Source: a virus (Duplodnaviria > Caudoviricetes). From it: DNA of 64,000 bases. Made by a program: the position numbers and the translations under genes. Within the stretch, counting starts at the first letter, position 1, and the number at the start of each line of letters is the position of its first letter. This document shows, piece by piece, positions 36,391-49,903 of the stretch. The notes below the pieces were generated by a model that did no database searches, was not told where the DNA came from, and was given only the letters and a program-made list of their open reading frames with translations. The DNA lies in IMG/VR virus record IMGVR_UViG_3300021091_000001, positions 96,001-160,000 of that record; one strand, written 5' to 3'.

Positions 36391-39028
36391 CTATATTAGT
36401 TTTTCTTTAAATAGATTATCATATCTAATAAAATTATTCACAATTGAATTTTCTTTTTCAGAAGAAAACTTAAACAATAGTCTATCTAAAGAGTAGTTTT
36501 TTGAAGTTTGATCAAGTGATCTTAATACTACTCTATACCTAAAAATATCTGGAACATATTGATATATTACTCTAAAAGATTGAGTTATATTTTTATTAAA
36601 TAATAATCTATTATCATAATGGATAAAATAGTATCCGTCTCTATTTGGAAAGGATGCAATTTGACTACTGGATAGTACATAATTTGTTAAATTGATAGCG
36701 GTAGTTCCATCAGAAAAAACAACTTTTACTGGAGAATAAGATGAGTAATCAAAATTACCGAAAGAACTATTCGAAGATGTTATTGTTCCCATGTATACAT
36801 TATATGTTGCACCTACAAATTTTGATCTATCTATATAAGCATTCTTAGATAGGGTAACAGATTTATCTGAATTCAATCCAGAAAAATATTCACCATTCTG
36901 TCCATTAGAAGAGAAGGTAGAAAGAACTGGAGAAGCTAAGCTTCTGGAAAATAACGCAACTTCTTTATGGATTGATGAATTGATTGGAGTGTACTTAACT
37001 GTATATACTGCCTTATCAGGAGATATCAATTCTATAAGATTTCCGGCTATAACATAATTTTGTGAATCAAGAATCATTCCATTTTTGTAAACAGATATAC
37101 TGTCTTGCATTGGAGAAAATCTTAACTTAGCCTGGTTAGAATTACTGTCTGGAATCAATAATTCTACTTCAACATTGTTTTGATTCCATGGCAATACTGG
37201 TATCCAATCTAATTCAGATGTTGGATTATCCTTTACAGATACTGAATATTCTACGGCAGTTGCTCTTGGCATGTTAAGTGAGCTAGGTGAAACCATTGTA
37301 TCAATTTCTTCAGCTATCATCTTAACAGATAGTGGCCTTGAATCTAAAGGAAGTTTTTTACTGACATAAAATGACCTTTGATTTGCAGGTCTGTTCGTCG
37401 ACTTTAAAGTAAATAAAGATATATTTTTTATTGAAAACATATATTCATACATATTGACATCTTCCGAATTAGACATTGATTGAATTGCATCTTCTTTACT
37501 AAAAGACGAATAACTTTCATTAGTATAATGAATGTTGTTGGCAATGTTATTTGAATCTCCAAGTGGAAGTATTCCACCAGAGGCGTAGCCCCCGATTGAT
37601 TTTGTTGTTGATCTTAGATTAGAATCAATATATGTTTGATTATTGAATCTTCTTAAATTTGAACCAATAGAAAAAGAAATAATTGCAAAAATCATATTTG
37701 ATATTAGATCTGAATTCTTAAATTTATTTACAGCATCTATATCTGCTGGAAGCTTTTCTCTTCTAATTTCTTTTAATAAATTAATCTCTTTTTTTGATCC
37801 AGATACTGGATAATATTTTGTATAGTCATATGTATAAATTGATTTATTTTTAAGTATATAATTTTTATCTGTATCTTTTATAAAGAAATTAATTACGTAG
37901 TCTTGAAGTACATCGTGATTCTTTTTTCTTTCAGATCTTAATGAATCAACTATATAGCTAATCATTTTTGAATTTATTTCTGATTGAAGAGAATTAATTT
38001 TTGTTCTCTTATAGTTTTTTTGTTTGAAGAACAAAATAAATGATTTCACTGTTATTTCAGGAAAATCAAAGTCAATATTTTTATCAGAGTAAATTGAACT
38101 AGTTAAAATTGTTTGATTAGTATTCTCATTATTTTCAATCTTTTCAATAACAACTTGAGTTAAATAAAGTCCAAATCCAACATTAGGTGATATTCTAATT
38201 CTCGAGGAAAGAACTGGAACTCTTAAAACAATTTTAACTGCTACTTCTGCTCCAGAAAATGGAGCTGTATTTTTATTAAAAGAAGAAAATTTCGCCTGCA
38301 AAAAAATTGAATCATTTATTACGTTAGGAGATTTAACAGTTAAGTTCCAAGAATTATTTGAATTACCTACAATAACATTAGACACTCCTGTATCGCTACT
38401 TATATTATTTTTAGGAAAGTTAGTAAAGTACTCAATCGAGGCAATATTATCCTGAATGATTGGAGATAAAATTGATTCATTTAATGAAGAAAACTTTAAT
38501 GTTCCAGTAAAAGAATCAATATGAGCAGTTTCTGAATTAGAAAAATTCATATTATTTCTATCAGGAATAGAACTTAAAATATTATTATCATATATATAAG
38601 AATTTTGATCATTGTCAAAATTTTCTACAAAGCTTAAATTATATAGATCTTCTTCTCCAGATAAGAATGTATACTTATCAAGATAGGCATTTAGGTAGGC
38701 TAGATCGTTTTCAATTTTCTTTATTTCTCCACCGGAATATATTTTCCATAGAAGATGATATCAAAGATAGTGTAGAAGAAATGTTGTATAGGGTTTTCAT
38801 TCTCAACTCTAGTTCTCTAAAAAGATCTATAATTGGAGTTCTTTGTATCTCAGTGAGAGGAGAAATAAGAGCCGGCACATAATCTGATGCGGAAGTAAAA
38901 GATGAAACTTTACTCAAAAGTCTATTTATCTCTGCTTTTTCAAGTTTTGATTCCTGAAGAACAGAACTTACAGTTTTTCTTGACCTTGAACTAAACGATG
39001 ATACAAAATTACCAAGATTACTAAGCAT
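36391..39028 (-). CDS. Putative baseplate/tail structural protein; needs a +1 shift at CGG 38734-38732 (about 878 aa joined)
   Basis: Junction ATA TTC C GGT GGA GAA ATA. The +1 frame stays open across the 38551-38710 gap into the 36391..38550 ORF. Confidence 0.7.
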
Positions 39029-42000
39029 AATTAATGGATCTCCAATCAGTTCCGTCTACATCTTGAATATCAAAGCTAACTCCTGCAGTAAGATTGTTTC
39101 TTACTATGTCATATACCTGCTGCTTAGAATTAAAGTTTTCCATTACTTTTCTTGGTATTTGAATTACAACATATCCACCATTTGCATGCACATAGCCGTG
39201 ACCAGTATATATATCTGCATAAGATGCCACTTCAGCATTGCTTTCAAAACTTGATTTAACTGCAACATTATGCTTTATTCCGCCACCTCTGACTCGCATA
39301 TCTTGGAACTGCATATTATCAAAGTCATAAGTATTATTAACATTTATAGTTGCTATATGTAGAGCTAAAGGATTATAAACTGTAGACTTATTATTGAATA
39401 TATTTGAATCGTATGTAAATTTAACCGCCCCAGTAGAAACAAAACCTGTTGCCGACTTATTTTCTCCATCAACAATTTCTTCACACTTAATTGGAAGTAT
39501 ATATAAAAATATTGGTTTATTCTGTTCAATAAACAGATAAGGATTAAGCGGAATGATCTCTCCATCTATTTGATGAAGCATAAGATCTGAATTCTTAACT
39601 GTGTAAGTAACTTTAATATTCTTATCAGAAGTTGGAACTATTTCTTTTACAAAAGTTATTCTTCCAGTATTCTTATCGTAGTCTCTTATCTGTTTTCTAG
39701 ATACAGAGATCCAATTACCTTGTTCATTCTTTATAGATATAAAAACCCAAGGAACTATTGGACTAGCATCTGTGTAATTTCCTTTGTCAACTAGCTTCTT
39801 ATCGTATTGCTCCTGTGCGACAATAAAAGAACGATGTCTTAGGGTTATAGTATCGTCAGATACTATAACTGGATTCTCTTCATGAATATCATAATGTCCA
39901 GTTCCAAATATTGATGAATAAGGAACCTGGATTTTAGTAGTGTCATAGTGACAAATTAATTCTTTGCCTTTATATTCTCTCATCCAGTTACCAACTAGGA
40001 AATTATAATCTATTGGTATAGTTATTTTCTTTATGAATCGCCCAACGCCAACATTAACAAACCATGTATCGAATTTGCTTAGATCTTTAGGTGGACTAGA
40101 AACTCTTATTTTTGATCTGTTTTTTACCTTAACAGAATATACTGGGCATATATATCTAGCTGGAGCATTAGACTCAGATATTGCCCCATATCTTTCTTGA
40201 AAACCTACAATATTATTTGTACTACTTGCATCATTATCTGCGTCAAATGCGTTGACTGCAATATACACATCGCCAGTGCCTTCATATTCAAGCCACTCTA
40301 GATATGATATTTTTCTTCCTAATAGTTTTTTTCTTTTATCGATTTGGCTATTGTTTGGTATATACAAGAAACCCCAGTCTAATCCATAAGGGGCTGCACT
40401 TGTTTCATTCCATATAAGATTTAAAAATCCAAAACTAACAACATTATTTGTTCCAGTTGGCTTATAAGAATCAAAATTTGGAAAGCCCACTGCCCTGCCA
40501 ATAGAATCAACAAGAACTGTTAAGCCATCTTTTATATTAACAGTCTGAATAGAATTTTGTCTACTAGATATATTGTCAGCGTCTGCTAAGTAGTAATCTG
40601 ATACAACTGTTTCTGGAGAAGCTTCTATTGATTCATAATCGACACCATTTGTAGTCTTAACGATGTAAGCGTTGGTTTTATAGCTTGTTATAGAAAAGTC
40701 CGAAGAACTTACCGTTGTAGCAGCAGAAGTTCCAGATAGTCTTTGACAAACGCCCTTGGTTATTGTTCCTACGTTGAAGCTAGTTCCAGAACTAAGTGCA
40801 TCTGTTTGTATCGGTAAATCATTATCACCTAAAATATCATCATACGTAAATGATATCCCTTGGTTTAATATATTTGTTCTGTCTGTTGGAGAAACTGAGT
40901 AAGATATATCCTTAGATATTTTAACTCCTTCTCTTTCTTGCACTACTGTAAAGTTTAATTTATTTACATTAATTTGAGATATATTTGCATTCGGTGTTTT
41001 TTGTAGCTCAGCAAAAGTGCTAAAAACTACTGTTGCTTCCTCGTCAGATTTTATATCTGTATAACCAGATATTGTTCCTTCTATTATTCCAGTAAACCTT
41101 GCGTCTTCACCTTTTACAGCTGAAATAGTTGGGCCCTGAGCCGTTAGTTCAAAGTCGATTCCGGATATAGAGAACCCCTCAGCGTTAGGACCATACCTAT
41201 CTGCCTTAAGCTTAACTCCTTTGACTTTTATTCCAAGCCATTTTGCTCCTGGCCTACCATTAACAAATGAGACAATTCTTTCAGAATTTGCTGGTACTCT
41301 TACATCTTGATCTAGAGCTTGAGGACTATAAATTCTTCCGGCAAACTCTGGAGAACCAGAACCATATATTCTCTTGATATTAAAATCTTCGTCATAAAGA
41401 TGAACGTTATCAATAACTAATGGCCATTCTCCTGATTTAATTTTTACTGAATGAATAGTTTGATTAGCTTCTCTTTGTGGAATTCTGACCATTATATAAT
41501 CAACTATTGTAGTTGGACCTTTTATTCCAGTAAAACTAATTCTTCTATATTCTCTTCCTTCTAATATTGAAGATATATCAGAATATTTTACTGCAGCATT
41601 AATAAATCTTTTTGTTCCAGCTGGGGCATCATTCCTTAGTTTTTCAAACCTAGCAAAATTATCTCTATGAAGTTTTAACCAAAAATGTGCAAGAACAGAT
41701 TTTGTTTCAGAGTCTACAATTCCATCAATAAAACTTTGACTCTTTAATTGTTGGAATCTTTTTACTAGATTATATGTTTTTAATCCATATACTCCATCAA
41801 TATTTATTGTTTCTTTTTTGAATATTTGTTGCAGTGTATATTGAATGTATTTTGTATAGTTTGCACCAGAAACAGTACTGTTGGATGTAGCTGGAGTTAA
41901 TGATCTTCCTGGTATCTGAAATGTTTGTTCTTCTGTTCGAACATGAAATAAATTTGGATATGCTAAATTAAATTGAGCATCGACTTCAGAATTACTGAAA

Positions 42001-45000
42001 CTTTGAAGTATCTCAATATCTGAAAAGCCAATATTTTGAAGGGCAAGGCCTAAATTATTTCTTTTTGATTTTATATATGTATTGATAAGCCAATCTTTAA
42101 ATAATGACCTAAAATAATGAATTTTTGAACCATTAATTACTTCTGTGGACCAAAGATAGTGTTCTAATTCCTCTCCTTCCAATAAATCTTCCCAGTTATT
42201 TTGAGTTCTGGCATTTGTGATGGCACTTTGTATATCAGATTTTGCAACTTCTCTTCCTCGAATTCCACCGCGTGTTTTTGTTGTTACAACATAAGGATAT
42301 TTATCGTTTGGTTGATTCACCGATAATGTTTTACCATTAGAATCTTGAAGTATTATTTTTTCGCTATATCCAAGTCTGTATTCATCCCATCTATTTCCTT
42401 CATCTATATCGCCAGTATAGTGGAATGTATTAAAAGAATCATTTACAGAATCCTGATCTACAGCAGCTATATCTGTTCTTGAATATATTATTCCAGGATA
42501 ATTATATCCATTGAAAGGAGAAAAAGACTTTTTTATTTTAGTTTTATTTTCTGCTGCTTTAGTATTAGAATAGAATCCTCTTTCAAGAGATACGCCATTT
42601 CTTTCTTGAACAAATGTAATATTGGAAAATCTGGCCGTAGTTCCAACTTCTGCAGAAAACGGTGCTGACCAATTAATTCTATATGTATTAATTGTTTTTC
42701 TAATTTCATTTATTGAAATTTTTGTCTTAAAAGAAAAAGAGTAGTCTTTTGTATTCTGAGATCCAGGAAGAAAATCCGTTGGAGTTCTTATTGTAGAACC
42801 TGTTCTATCTTCATATTGAGAAGAACCAACAATGATATATGGATATCTTACTGTATTGAAATTAAATTCAGCGGAAAAAACGTTTGATACTGCATCTATT
42901 GATACTTCAGATTTATTTGTAATTTGATTAGACGCGGGGGTATTTAATTTGTAGAAAACATACTTAGCACTGGGTTGATTACTAACAATTTCTGTATTAT
43001 CAAAATCTTTTGAAAAATTTAGAAATTCAACATTTTTATTAGTACACTCTAAATAAAATTCAACATTACTAAAATCAGAATTTATAATGTTTTGAGCATC
43101 GCCGCCATTAGTTGTTGCCTCAAAATCACCCAACATAGTGGAAGATAAAGATGGAGAAATTTGCCTGCAGAATTTTGATGTACTGTTACCTATTTCTGAT
43201 TTAGAAGAAAAATTATATTCCTGTTTTTCTTGATCAGATAATACTGTTACTTTACCATTTGTAACTTTTCCATTTATTGTCCAAGAGCTTCTCCAAGGAG
43301 ATACATTCCAAAGTACATTAGATTTAGAAGATGTATTGTTTGTAGCAAAGCTATTCACTTTATTTTTATTGACACCACAAAGAATATTATAAAATAGTTT
43401 ATTAGGACCAACAACTGCAGCAGTTACTGCAACATTTTGTGATCCAATTTTTCCTACAGGAAATATATTGGATGATCCATTATTAGATGTTTGAGTTCCA
43501 TCTCCTAAAATTTTGTCATTTAGTAGTTGAAGAAATGGATTTACGCAAGTGATTAAACTAGAAGAAAACAATACCTGTGAATTTTTTGTAGTCTTTAATA
43601 TAGCCGTGTTGGAGCCAACAGTAACTAATGCCTTTGATGCAGAATCTGAATTTGGTGTTCCGGTAAAAGTTATTATTGGAAGAAGAGCATTGTTGTCTAA
43701 TATATTTTTTCTTTTACCAAATATACTATGCATTGGGACTTCTCCTTCATGATATTCTGAAAGAGACCACGCATTAAAGCTTGTATCTGCATTTTGATAG
43801 GTATCATTTATACCTATAGAGCCACTAGAGCTCGAGCTAATTGACATATCTATATTTAAATTAGAAAATCCAGCACTTGGATTAGCTGCTATTTCAGAAC
43901 CATCTACAAAAACAGAAATATTTTTATCTTGTATTGCAGCGATTTGCTGTCCTTGATCTGGAGTAATTGGTTTGAGTGGTGTCCATATCAAAAAATCATA
44001 GGAACTATAATCAACATTTGTATCATCTATATTAACTAACCAATAATTTTTTTGAGATTTATCTGTTATTGACGCACGAGGATTTTCAAAAATAAAATTT
44101 TGCAGATTAAATACTGACTCTTGAAGATTGTAGAATACATATGCATTCTTTGCTGCTGATTCTTCGCCTGAATATAGAACTCCAACATTAAGAGTTGCTC
44201 TATCGTCAGCTGCTTCTGAGTATACATTTCTTACCTGAGCAAAGTTATAAGTTATCTTTGCAATAATTCTCCAGTTAAAGTTTTGAAATGTTCTTGGATC
44301 CTGTATTGCTTTTCTTGGAACATATATTTTCCAACCATAGTTATTTTCTTTTCTTTTTAATAATACATTTTCTTTAAAAGAAAATAATTGAGTTGAATAA
44401 ACTTTTCTTTCTATAGAACCTGGATCTATTACCTCAGATTCTTCAACTACATATTGATAATATGGAAGAGTATTTATTTTTTCTTTATAACCAAAGAAAG
44501 GATTATATGGAATATTTTCTGCGTCTTTTTCATATTTATCATAAATGAGATACAGATCTATCGGATCTGCCACTTCTAATAAAACGACTACTCTATAAAA
44601 ATCTAAACCTTGATACTGAGAATTCTGAAGATCTGCGTTTGTTCTTGTATTAACATACTTATCAATAAGTATTCTATACTTGTTCTTTCCTGACTCATCA
44701 ACAAAATTATTTGCCGAAGAATCTACAACTTTAATATTGTATCGTGATGGCTCTCTTAATTCTGGAGTATCACTCATTCCGGAGTAAGCTGCGGCATTGG
44801 ATGGCAACAATACGTAGTGAGTGCTGATATAAAAACTATGAGCAAATAAAGCAGATGAATACTGCTCTGCAGTCAAATTTGTGACGCCCTCAGGTAGAGG
44901 TGATATTATTAAATTACTGACACAAACTTCTGGATTATTCACAATTGGAGACCCTAGGTATTGATTAGCCTGTGGATTGTTAACTGCATACCTGAGCGTT

Positions 45001-45221
45001 CCAAATTCGTCTGAATACATAATCGAATCTGTTTCAGATGATAATACTGGAGAAGTATTCTCTGGAATTAAATGTGATAAATCTGTAACTGATAAATTAT
45101 TTTCTGGATTAACATCTTGTCCAGAAAACCACCCCAAATTTACAGCATCAGTTGGGAGAACATGCCCCTTTTTAACTGCTGGTTCTTTGCCAAGATTTGT
45201 CTTATTCTCAAAAACTTTCAC
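39021..45221 (-). CDS. Giant (2066 aa) virion protein with an internal peptidoglycan-binding domain
   Basis: YIQYTLQ...IDGVYGLKTYNLVKRFQ...DGIVDSET is a PG-binding-1 signature; the rest is beta-rich. Confidence 0.65.
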   Translation of the reverse strand: MKVFENKTNLGKEPAVKKGHVLPTDAVNLGWFSGQDVNPENNLSVTDLSHLIPENTSPVLSSETDSIMYSDEFGTLRYAVNNPQANQYLGSPIVNNPEVCVSNLIISPLPEGVTNLTAEQYSSALFAHSFYISTHYVLLPSNAAAYSGMSDTPELREPSRYNIKVVDSSANNFVDESGKNKYRILIDKYVNTRTNADLQNSQYQGLDFYRVVVLLEVADPIDLYLIYDKYEKDAENIPYNPFFGYKEKINTLPYYQYVVEESEVIDPGSIERKVYSTQLFSFKENVLLKRKENNYGWKIYVPRKAIQDPRTFQNFNWRIIAKITYNFAQVRNVYSEAADDRATLNVGVLYSGEESAAKNAYVFYNLQESVFNLQNFIFENPRASITDKSQKNYWLVNIDDTNVDYSSYDFLIWTPLKPITPDQGQQIAAIQDKNISVFVDGSEIAANPSAGFSNLNIDMSISSSSSGSIGINDTYQNADTSFNAWSLSEYHEGEVPMHSIFGKRKNILDNNALLPIITFTGTPNSDSASKALVTVGSNTAILKTTKNSQVLFSSSLITCVNPFLQLLNDKILGDGTQTSNNGSSNIFPVGKIGSQNVAVTAAVVGPNKLFYNILCGVNKNKVNSFATNNTSSKSNVLWNVSPWRSSWTINGKVTNGKVTVLSDQEKQEYNFSSKSEIGNSTSKFCRQISPSLSSTMLGDFEATTNGGDAQNIINSDFSNVEFYLECTNKNVEFLNFSKDFDNTEIVSNQPSAKYVFYKLNTPASNQITNKSEVSIDAVSNVFSAEFNFNTVRYPYIIVGSSQYEDRTGSTIRTPTDFLPGSQNTKDYSFSFKTKISINEIRKTINTYRINWSAPFSAEVGTTARFSNITFVQERNGVSLERGFYSNTKAAENKTKIKKSFSPFNGYNYPGIIYSRTDIAAVDQDSVNDSFNTFHYTGDIDEGNRWDEYRLGYSEKIILQDSNGKTLSVNQPNDKYPYVVTTKTRGGIRGREVAKSDIQSAITNARTQNNWEDLLEGEELEHYLWSTEVINGSKIHYFRSLFKDWLINTYIKSKRNNLGLALQNIGFSDIEILQSFSNSEVDAQFNLAYPNLFHVRTEEQTFQIPGRSLTPATSNSTVSGANYTKYIQYTLQQIFKKETINIDGVYGLKTYNLVKRFQQLKSQSFIDGIVDSETKSVLAHFWLKLHRDNFARFEKLRNDAPAGTKRFINAAVKYSDISSILEGREYRRISFTGIKGPTTIVDYIMVRIPQREANQTIHSVKIKSGEWPLVIDNVHLYDEDFNIKRIYGSGSPEFAGRIYSPQALDQDVRVPANSERIVSFVNGRPGAKWLGIKVKGVKLKADRYGPNAEGFSISGIDFELTAQGPTISAVKGEDARFTGIIEGTISGYTDIKSDEEATVVFSTFAELQKTPNANISQINVNKLNFTVVQEREGVKISKDISYSVSPTDRTNILNQGISFTYDDILGDNDLPIQTDALSSGTSFNVGTITKGVCQRLSGTSAATTVSSSDFSITSYKTNAYIVKTTNGVDYESIEASPETVVSDYYLADADNISSRQNSIQTVNIKDGLTVLVDSIGRAVGFPNFDSYKPTGTNNVVSFGFLNLIWNETSAAPYGLDWGFLYIPNNSQIDKRKKLLGRKISYLEWLEYEGTGDVYIAVNAFDADNDASSTNNIVGFQERYGAISESNAPARYICPVYSVKVKNRSKIRVSSPPKDLSKFDTWFVNVGVGRFIKKITIPIDYNFLVGNWMREYKGKELICHYDTTKIQVPYSSIFGTGHYDIHEENPVIVSDDTITLRHRSFIVAQEQYDKKLVDKGNYTDASPIVPWVFISIKNEQGNWISVSRKQIRDYDKNTGRITFVKEIVPTSDKNIKVTYTVKNSDLMLHQIDGEIIPLNPYLFIEQNKPIFLYILPIKCEEIVDGENKSATGFVSTGAVKFTYDSNIFNNKSTVYNPLALHIATINVNNTYDFDNMQFQDMRVRGGGIKHNVAVKSSFESNAEVASYADIYTGHGYVHANGGYVVIQIPRKVMENFNSKQQVYDIVRNNLTAGVSFDIQDVDGTDWRSINYA

Positions 45222-45224
45222 AAA

Positions 45225-48200
45225 TTATTCCTCTTCGTAATCTGGACGCAGATTTGTGTATTCAACTACATAAGGCGTTGCACCCATTAAGCCCATCTGA
45301 TATTGAGTATATTTAGCTATTGGATACCAAGAAGGAAGCTTCCAACTAGGGGTTGCTGCATAGCTATTATAGTAAGGTTGTTCAGTTAAAGTGTTGACTT
45401 TAAAAGCTGGAGTTGCTGCATAGTAGTAATTACGCATATTAAAATCTATTCTTGGCTCTAGTACTGGTTCATCCAGTGTTGACTGGCTAGAGTCGTATTT
45501 TTCAAACCAATAAACTATATCGCCAGCTTGAGTTTGCGTTGGAACAGATCCAGAAGTATCAAAGTTTGTCTCCACAGAAACAAACCAGTATCCAGGTGTT
45601 GCATCTGGCTGACAAATAAAGTCACCTATAGTGAATAGACCATTTGAATCAGAAGTGGCTCTTCCTGATATTCCAGATTGACCTGGCGCAGTTGTTGTGT
45701 TTGAATAAGATAAGTTAAACAAATCATAAAGACTTCTAGCTCTTCTCCAATATACATAAACATTTGAATTTGTTTTTCCAACTATTTTTATATTCTGTAA
45801 ACCATCTGCTGTAACTATCTTTTTATCCACTTCTGCAGAAACTTTATTAACCGCTTGATAATAAGGCTTAACATAATAGTTAATGGTAGAGCCGTTATTG
45901 TTTGGCTCTTTAAGGACAAAAGATTTGCTTTCTTCAAAAGGAACATTTGATCCCGTATATCTAACTTGAGATCTTGCGAACCCATCTATGTTTGTTGTAA
46001 ATACACTTGGAGTTGCTGCTATTTGTGATCCAGCTATTTGGAAATTAGAATATGGTTTTGGGTTTCCATTTGAATCCAAAGAAAATACATTCAAAACCAT
46101 AAAGTCCTTATTATCTGCTAAAACTTGTTTTGGAGACAAACTATACTCAACTGTTGCATATTCATATTCATTATGCGATAGATATAAGTATCCTTCATTT
46201 AAGGCAGAATACAGTGGATTTAATTTAATCTCAGGAAGTTCATAATCTTCGTCATAGAGTGATGATTCAAAAGTGATATGAGTAGTGTATGAACTATTTG
46301 GTGTACTCAAAAGAGTTACTTTTGTTCTATATGAAGAATCTAAAGAATTATAATATTGATTATCAACATTGAAACAATCTTTTACTCTATAGGTTACCTT
46401 ATACTTTCTGCCTACTATGAAGGCAGGTGTAGCACCGATTGTTATTGGTGCAATTACATTTGATGCAGATGAATAATCGCTGACAATTGTCAATCCAGTA
46501 TATGTATCCACCACTTTTGCGTCAAAGAAATTGGAGTATGCTAAGTAAATTTTTGACGAATCTTTTGCAGTGATATATTCAAAGTTGTTAAAGGAATATA
46601 TTGAAGGAGTTGCCTCATCGTAAAAAGAAACCTGATTATAGTTAGTTGTAGCTCCAGTTGAGTCAACAACATTAACAATAATTGGAGAACCTTTTCTAGC
46701 AATTTGGTCAAGAACTATTTCAGAATTATTTAAATCTATTTCTGTTTTTGGTTTTGCGTAGATAAATCTATCTTCGTCTTGGAAGTACCAACCAGTTCTT
46801 ATTGAGGGAGATATATATTTTGTTGAATCATAAATATATTTTGCTCTAACTGGCAATTTATTAATTAAATACCTTCCAGTGCTAGAATCATAATAATTTA
46901 AAGAAACATTTTTTTCTAGATCATCTGTAAAAACAATGATTTCATCATCTACATAACTATAATCTGTCCATATTTTTACTTCATCTGTATCATATATCGG
47001 CTCAACAGAAGTGAAATACATACTTGGAGAGGATGCGTAATTCTGAAGTCCAAATGCTGAGCGCTCCAAAGTGTAGTAGTTAATTACATCTGAATTCTTA
47101 GAATCAAGTAAGTCATTATTGATATTAGGTGAAGCATGAACAATTCCTTTTTCAGATATATAAAAATTATAAGTTTCTATTGAATCTGAATTAAACTCTT
47201 CCCAGTTAGGATACTTAAATGGATAAACTTCTCCATCATTAGAACCTATAATAATGTAGGTTGGAGTAGAAGTGTATGGGAATTTAGTTTCCGTAAAATA
47301 ATAATTGTAAGTTGCACCACTTGTCGAAGCATATTCATTATAAGTGGTTGGATTAGCAAAAGGTGGAGACACATAAGATAGGTGTATATTTGGAGATGAA
47401 GGAATAAAGTATATTTCATTTTCATCTCTATTTAGAGATCTTCCTCCATATACTTTTGCTGGATCAAATATAGGAGCCTTAGTATAAGGCATGTCTGCGA
47501 ATACGTTGTCTATATGAACAAACTGTGGTGTTGCATTTTGAGGAATACTAAAATTCTTTATTATATCTTTTGGAGTAATAACTATACTTGACTTGGTAGC
47601 CGAAACAGATGGTTTATTAATTATAGTGTATTCTCCACTGTTTCTTATTTTTGGAGATTGAACAGTTCTATATTGTATTGCATCGTATATGCGAGACGAT
47701 ATTCTTAATTGACCATCAAAATATGTTGGATTAGAAAAGTTTTTAACTATTCTAACTGAAGTACTGCTTGCTAAAGATACTCCATCAAAAGATATCCATC
47801 CATAGTTGCCAGAAGTATTGGATGGATCTTTTGCACTAACAAAGTTAACAGTCGCTTGCTGTATAGCAGATATGGGAATTTGAGCTAGTACATAACTCTG
47901 CGCAGCAGAAGGATTTATAACGTTATAATATGGAGTTGCTGCAGAATCGTTTGATATGAATCTAATATCACTTGAAGTTAGACCAGAAGCATTGAATATG
48001 TTTCTAATAATAAACTCTGGTGAAGCACTTGCTGTTGGAGCAAAAGTATTTTTTACTGTATCTGTAAGATTGGCTTTGAATACAGTATTGGCAGGTATTA
48101 TTCCATGTGCAGCTAATTTAACATAAAGATCATAATTTATTGTTGCTGCTCCATGATTATAATATGGTTCCATATAACTTACGTACGTATCATATTTTAA

Positions 48201-49887
48201 TTGTATTGGCTCATAATTATTTGAGCTTACTGAATCATACTTATAACCATGAGCTCTAAGTTTAAATGAGTAAGGTTTTGTTCTTCTATCTAGCTCCTCT
48301 AGAACAATCCTCGCATCTTCAAAGTCTCCTATTCCCATCTGATAAAATGGTGATGCCACAGGAGTAGCATCGGACTGCTGAGGTATCCTTGAAACACCTT
48401 CCTGATTTAATCCAGCATAATCCCAGTAAGACTCTCCCCATTTAATATATCCAAAATTAGACGGATGTCTTTTATTTAGATCTTCTACAAAATCAAAGAA
48501 TCTTCTTTCTGGATTTCCTTCATCATCAAAATATGGAGTGCTAGACAATATGTTTTGTATTTCATATATTTCTGGGGTAGCTCCAATATATTTTGAGTTT
48601 GGAGTTGCATCATAGGCTCTCCATATATCTAGTTCTCTTCTTAAAGTTCTCTTTAATCCCTCTTCATTAATGTCTGGTGGATTAATATAAACATCTAGTA
48701 TTCTAGATCTAAAATTTTCATTTGACTCTAGATATAATCTTTGAAGACCAACTCTTAATCCTGTTTCATCAAAGGCATTAAAATTTTGTATAGGTATTTG
48801 ATCTACTACTGTTTGATCAACATATAGTTTTGTAAAGTCTTTGTTTGTATAAAGGTCAAAAGTAGTATAGTTATAATAAAAAACATAATCTGTCTCGCTA
48901 GACCTGAGTAAATCTTGATAGGAAGACACTCTTCCAAGTTCTATGCCATCGCCTCTAACTTTGATAAAACCTGGATCAACAGGAGTGCTTACATATATCC
49001 ATGCTGGTTGATCAATGTTTGCTTCTGTAATAAATGAATCTAATTCATAATTGCTTATTGCAGCATCTACGTAATTAAAACATTCCCCAGTTAGCGCATT
49101 GAGAAGTGTTCCAGCAACTGTATCTGGAGTAGCCAACTGAGGAGTAGCTTTTTCGATAGAATCTTGATAGATTTTTGTCCAACTAGGAAATCTAGATAAT
49201 AGATTTCTAGTATGATTTGTTATGACAGGAACAGTTATATCAGCTATTTGAACTTGAACAAGTAACAAAAAGTTTGCTAATGAAATATTAGATTCAGCGT
49301 TGAACGTTACTTGAAATTTTATATATCTCTTTACATTTCTCAAAAATAATACAGTTATATTATCTTGAATTGAAGCTATTTCTCTCCAGTCAGAATTGCT
49401 AGAATTCTTTTTATCAGAGGTAAATATCTTTAATTCAAATGTTGGATTCTCTAAACCAGGTAGATCACTAAACGCATGCTTGTATCCGTATAATATCTAT
49501 ACTACTGTTTGTATCTACGAATCTAGGAAGGTATGAAAATCCCGATGCATCGATAACTCTGTATGGAGTTGCATGTGTCTCATAAATATAGAATGAACCC
49601 TCTTGTTCATCATAATTAAATATGTAGTATTCACCAAAATCTTGGTCATTAAGTATTTCGCCATAGTTTGTTACTGTGTAAGCACCTGGTATTGTGGGTG
49701 TTGCATCTGGAATAACACTAGTGCCAGTGAATTTATAGTCTCCCATTAAGTTATTTCCATATTGAGATCTATAAACTGAGTAATTTGTATAAAACTTATT
49801 TGAATATAGGTCTATAGAACCAGTGGTCCAAATATTGGACGCTATTGTAAAATCCTGATTTCTTAGAGCTAAAAAATAAGTTTTCAT
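45225..49887 (-). CDS. Large virion/baseplate protein; needs a +1 shift at CGG 49488-49486 (about 1553 aa joined)
   Basis: Junction ATT ATA C GGA TAC AAG CAT. The +1 frame stays open across 49344-49467 into the 45225..49343 ORF. VGLQRLYLESNENFRSRIL resembles a baseplate wedge motif; C-terminal Ig-like segments. Confidence 0.7.
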
Positions 49888-49903
49888 TTAATAATTATTG
49901 CTC

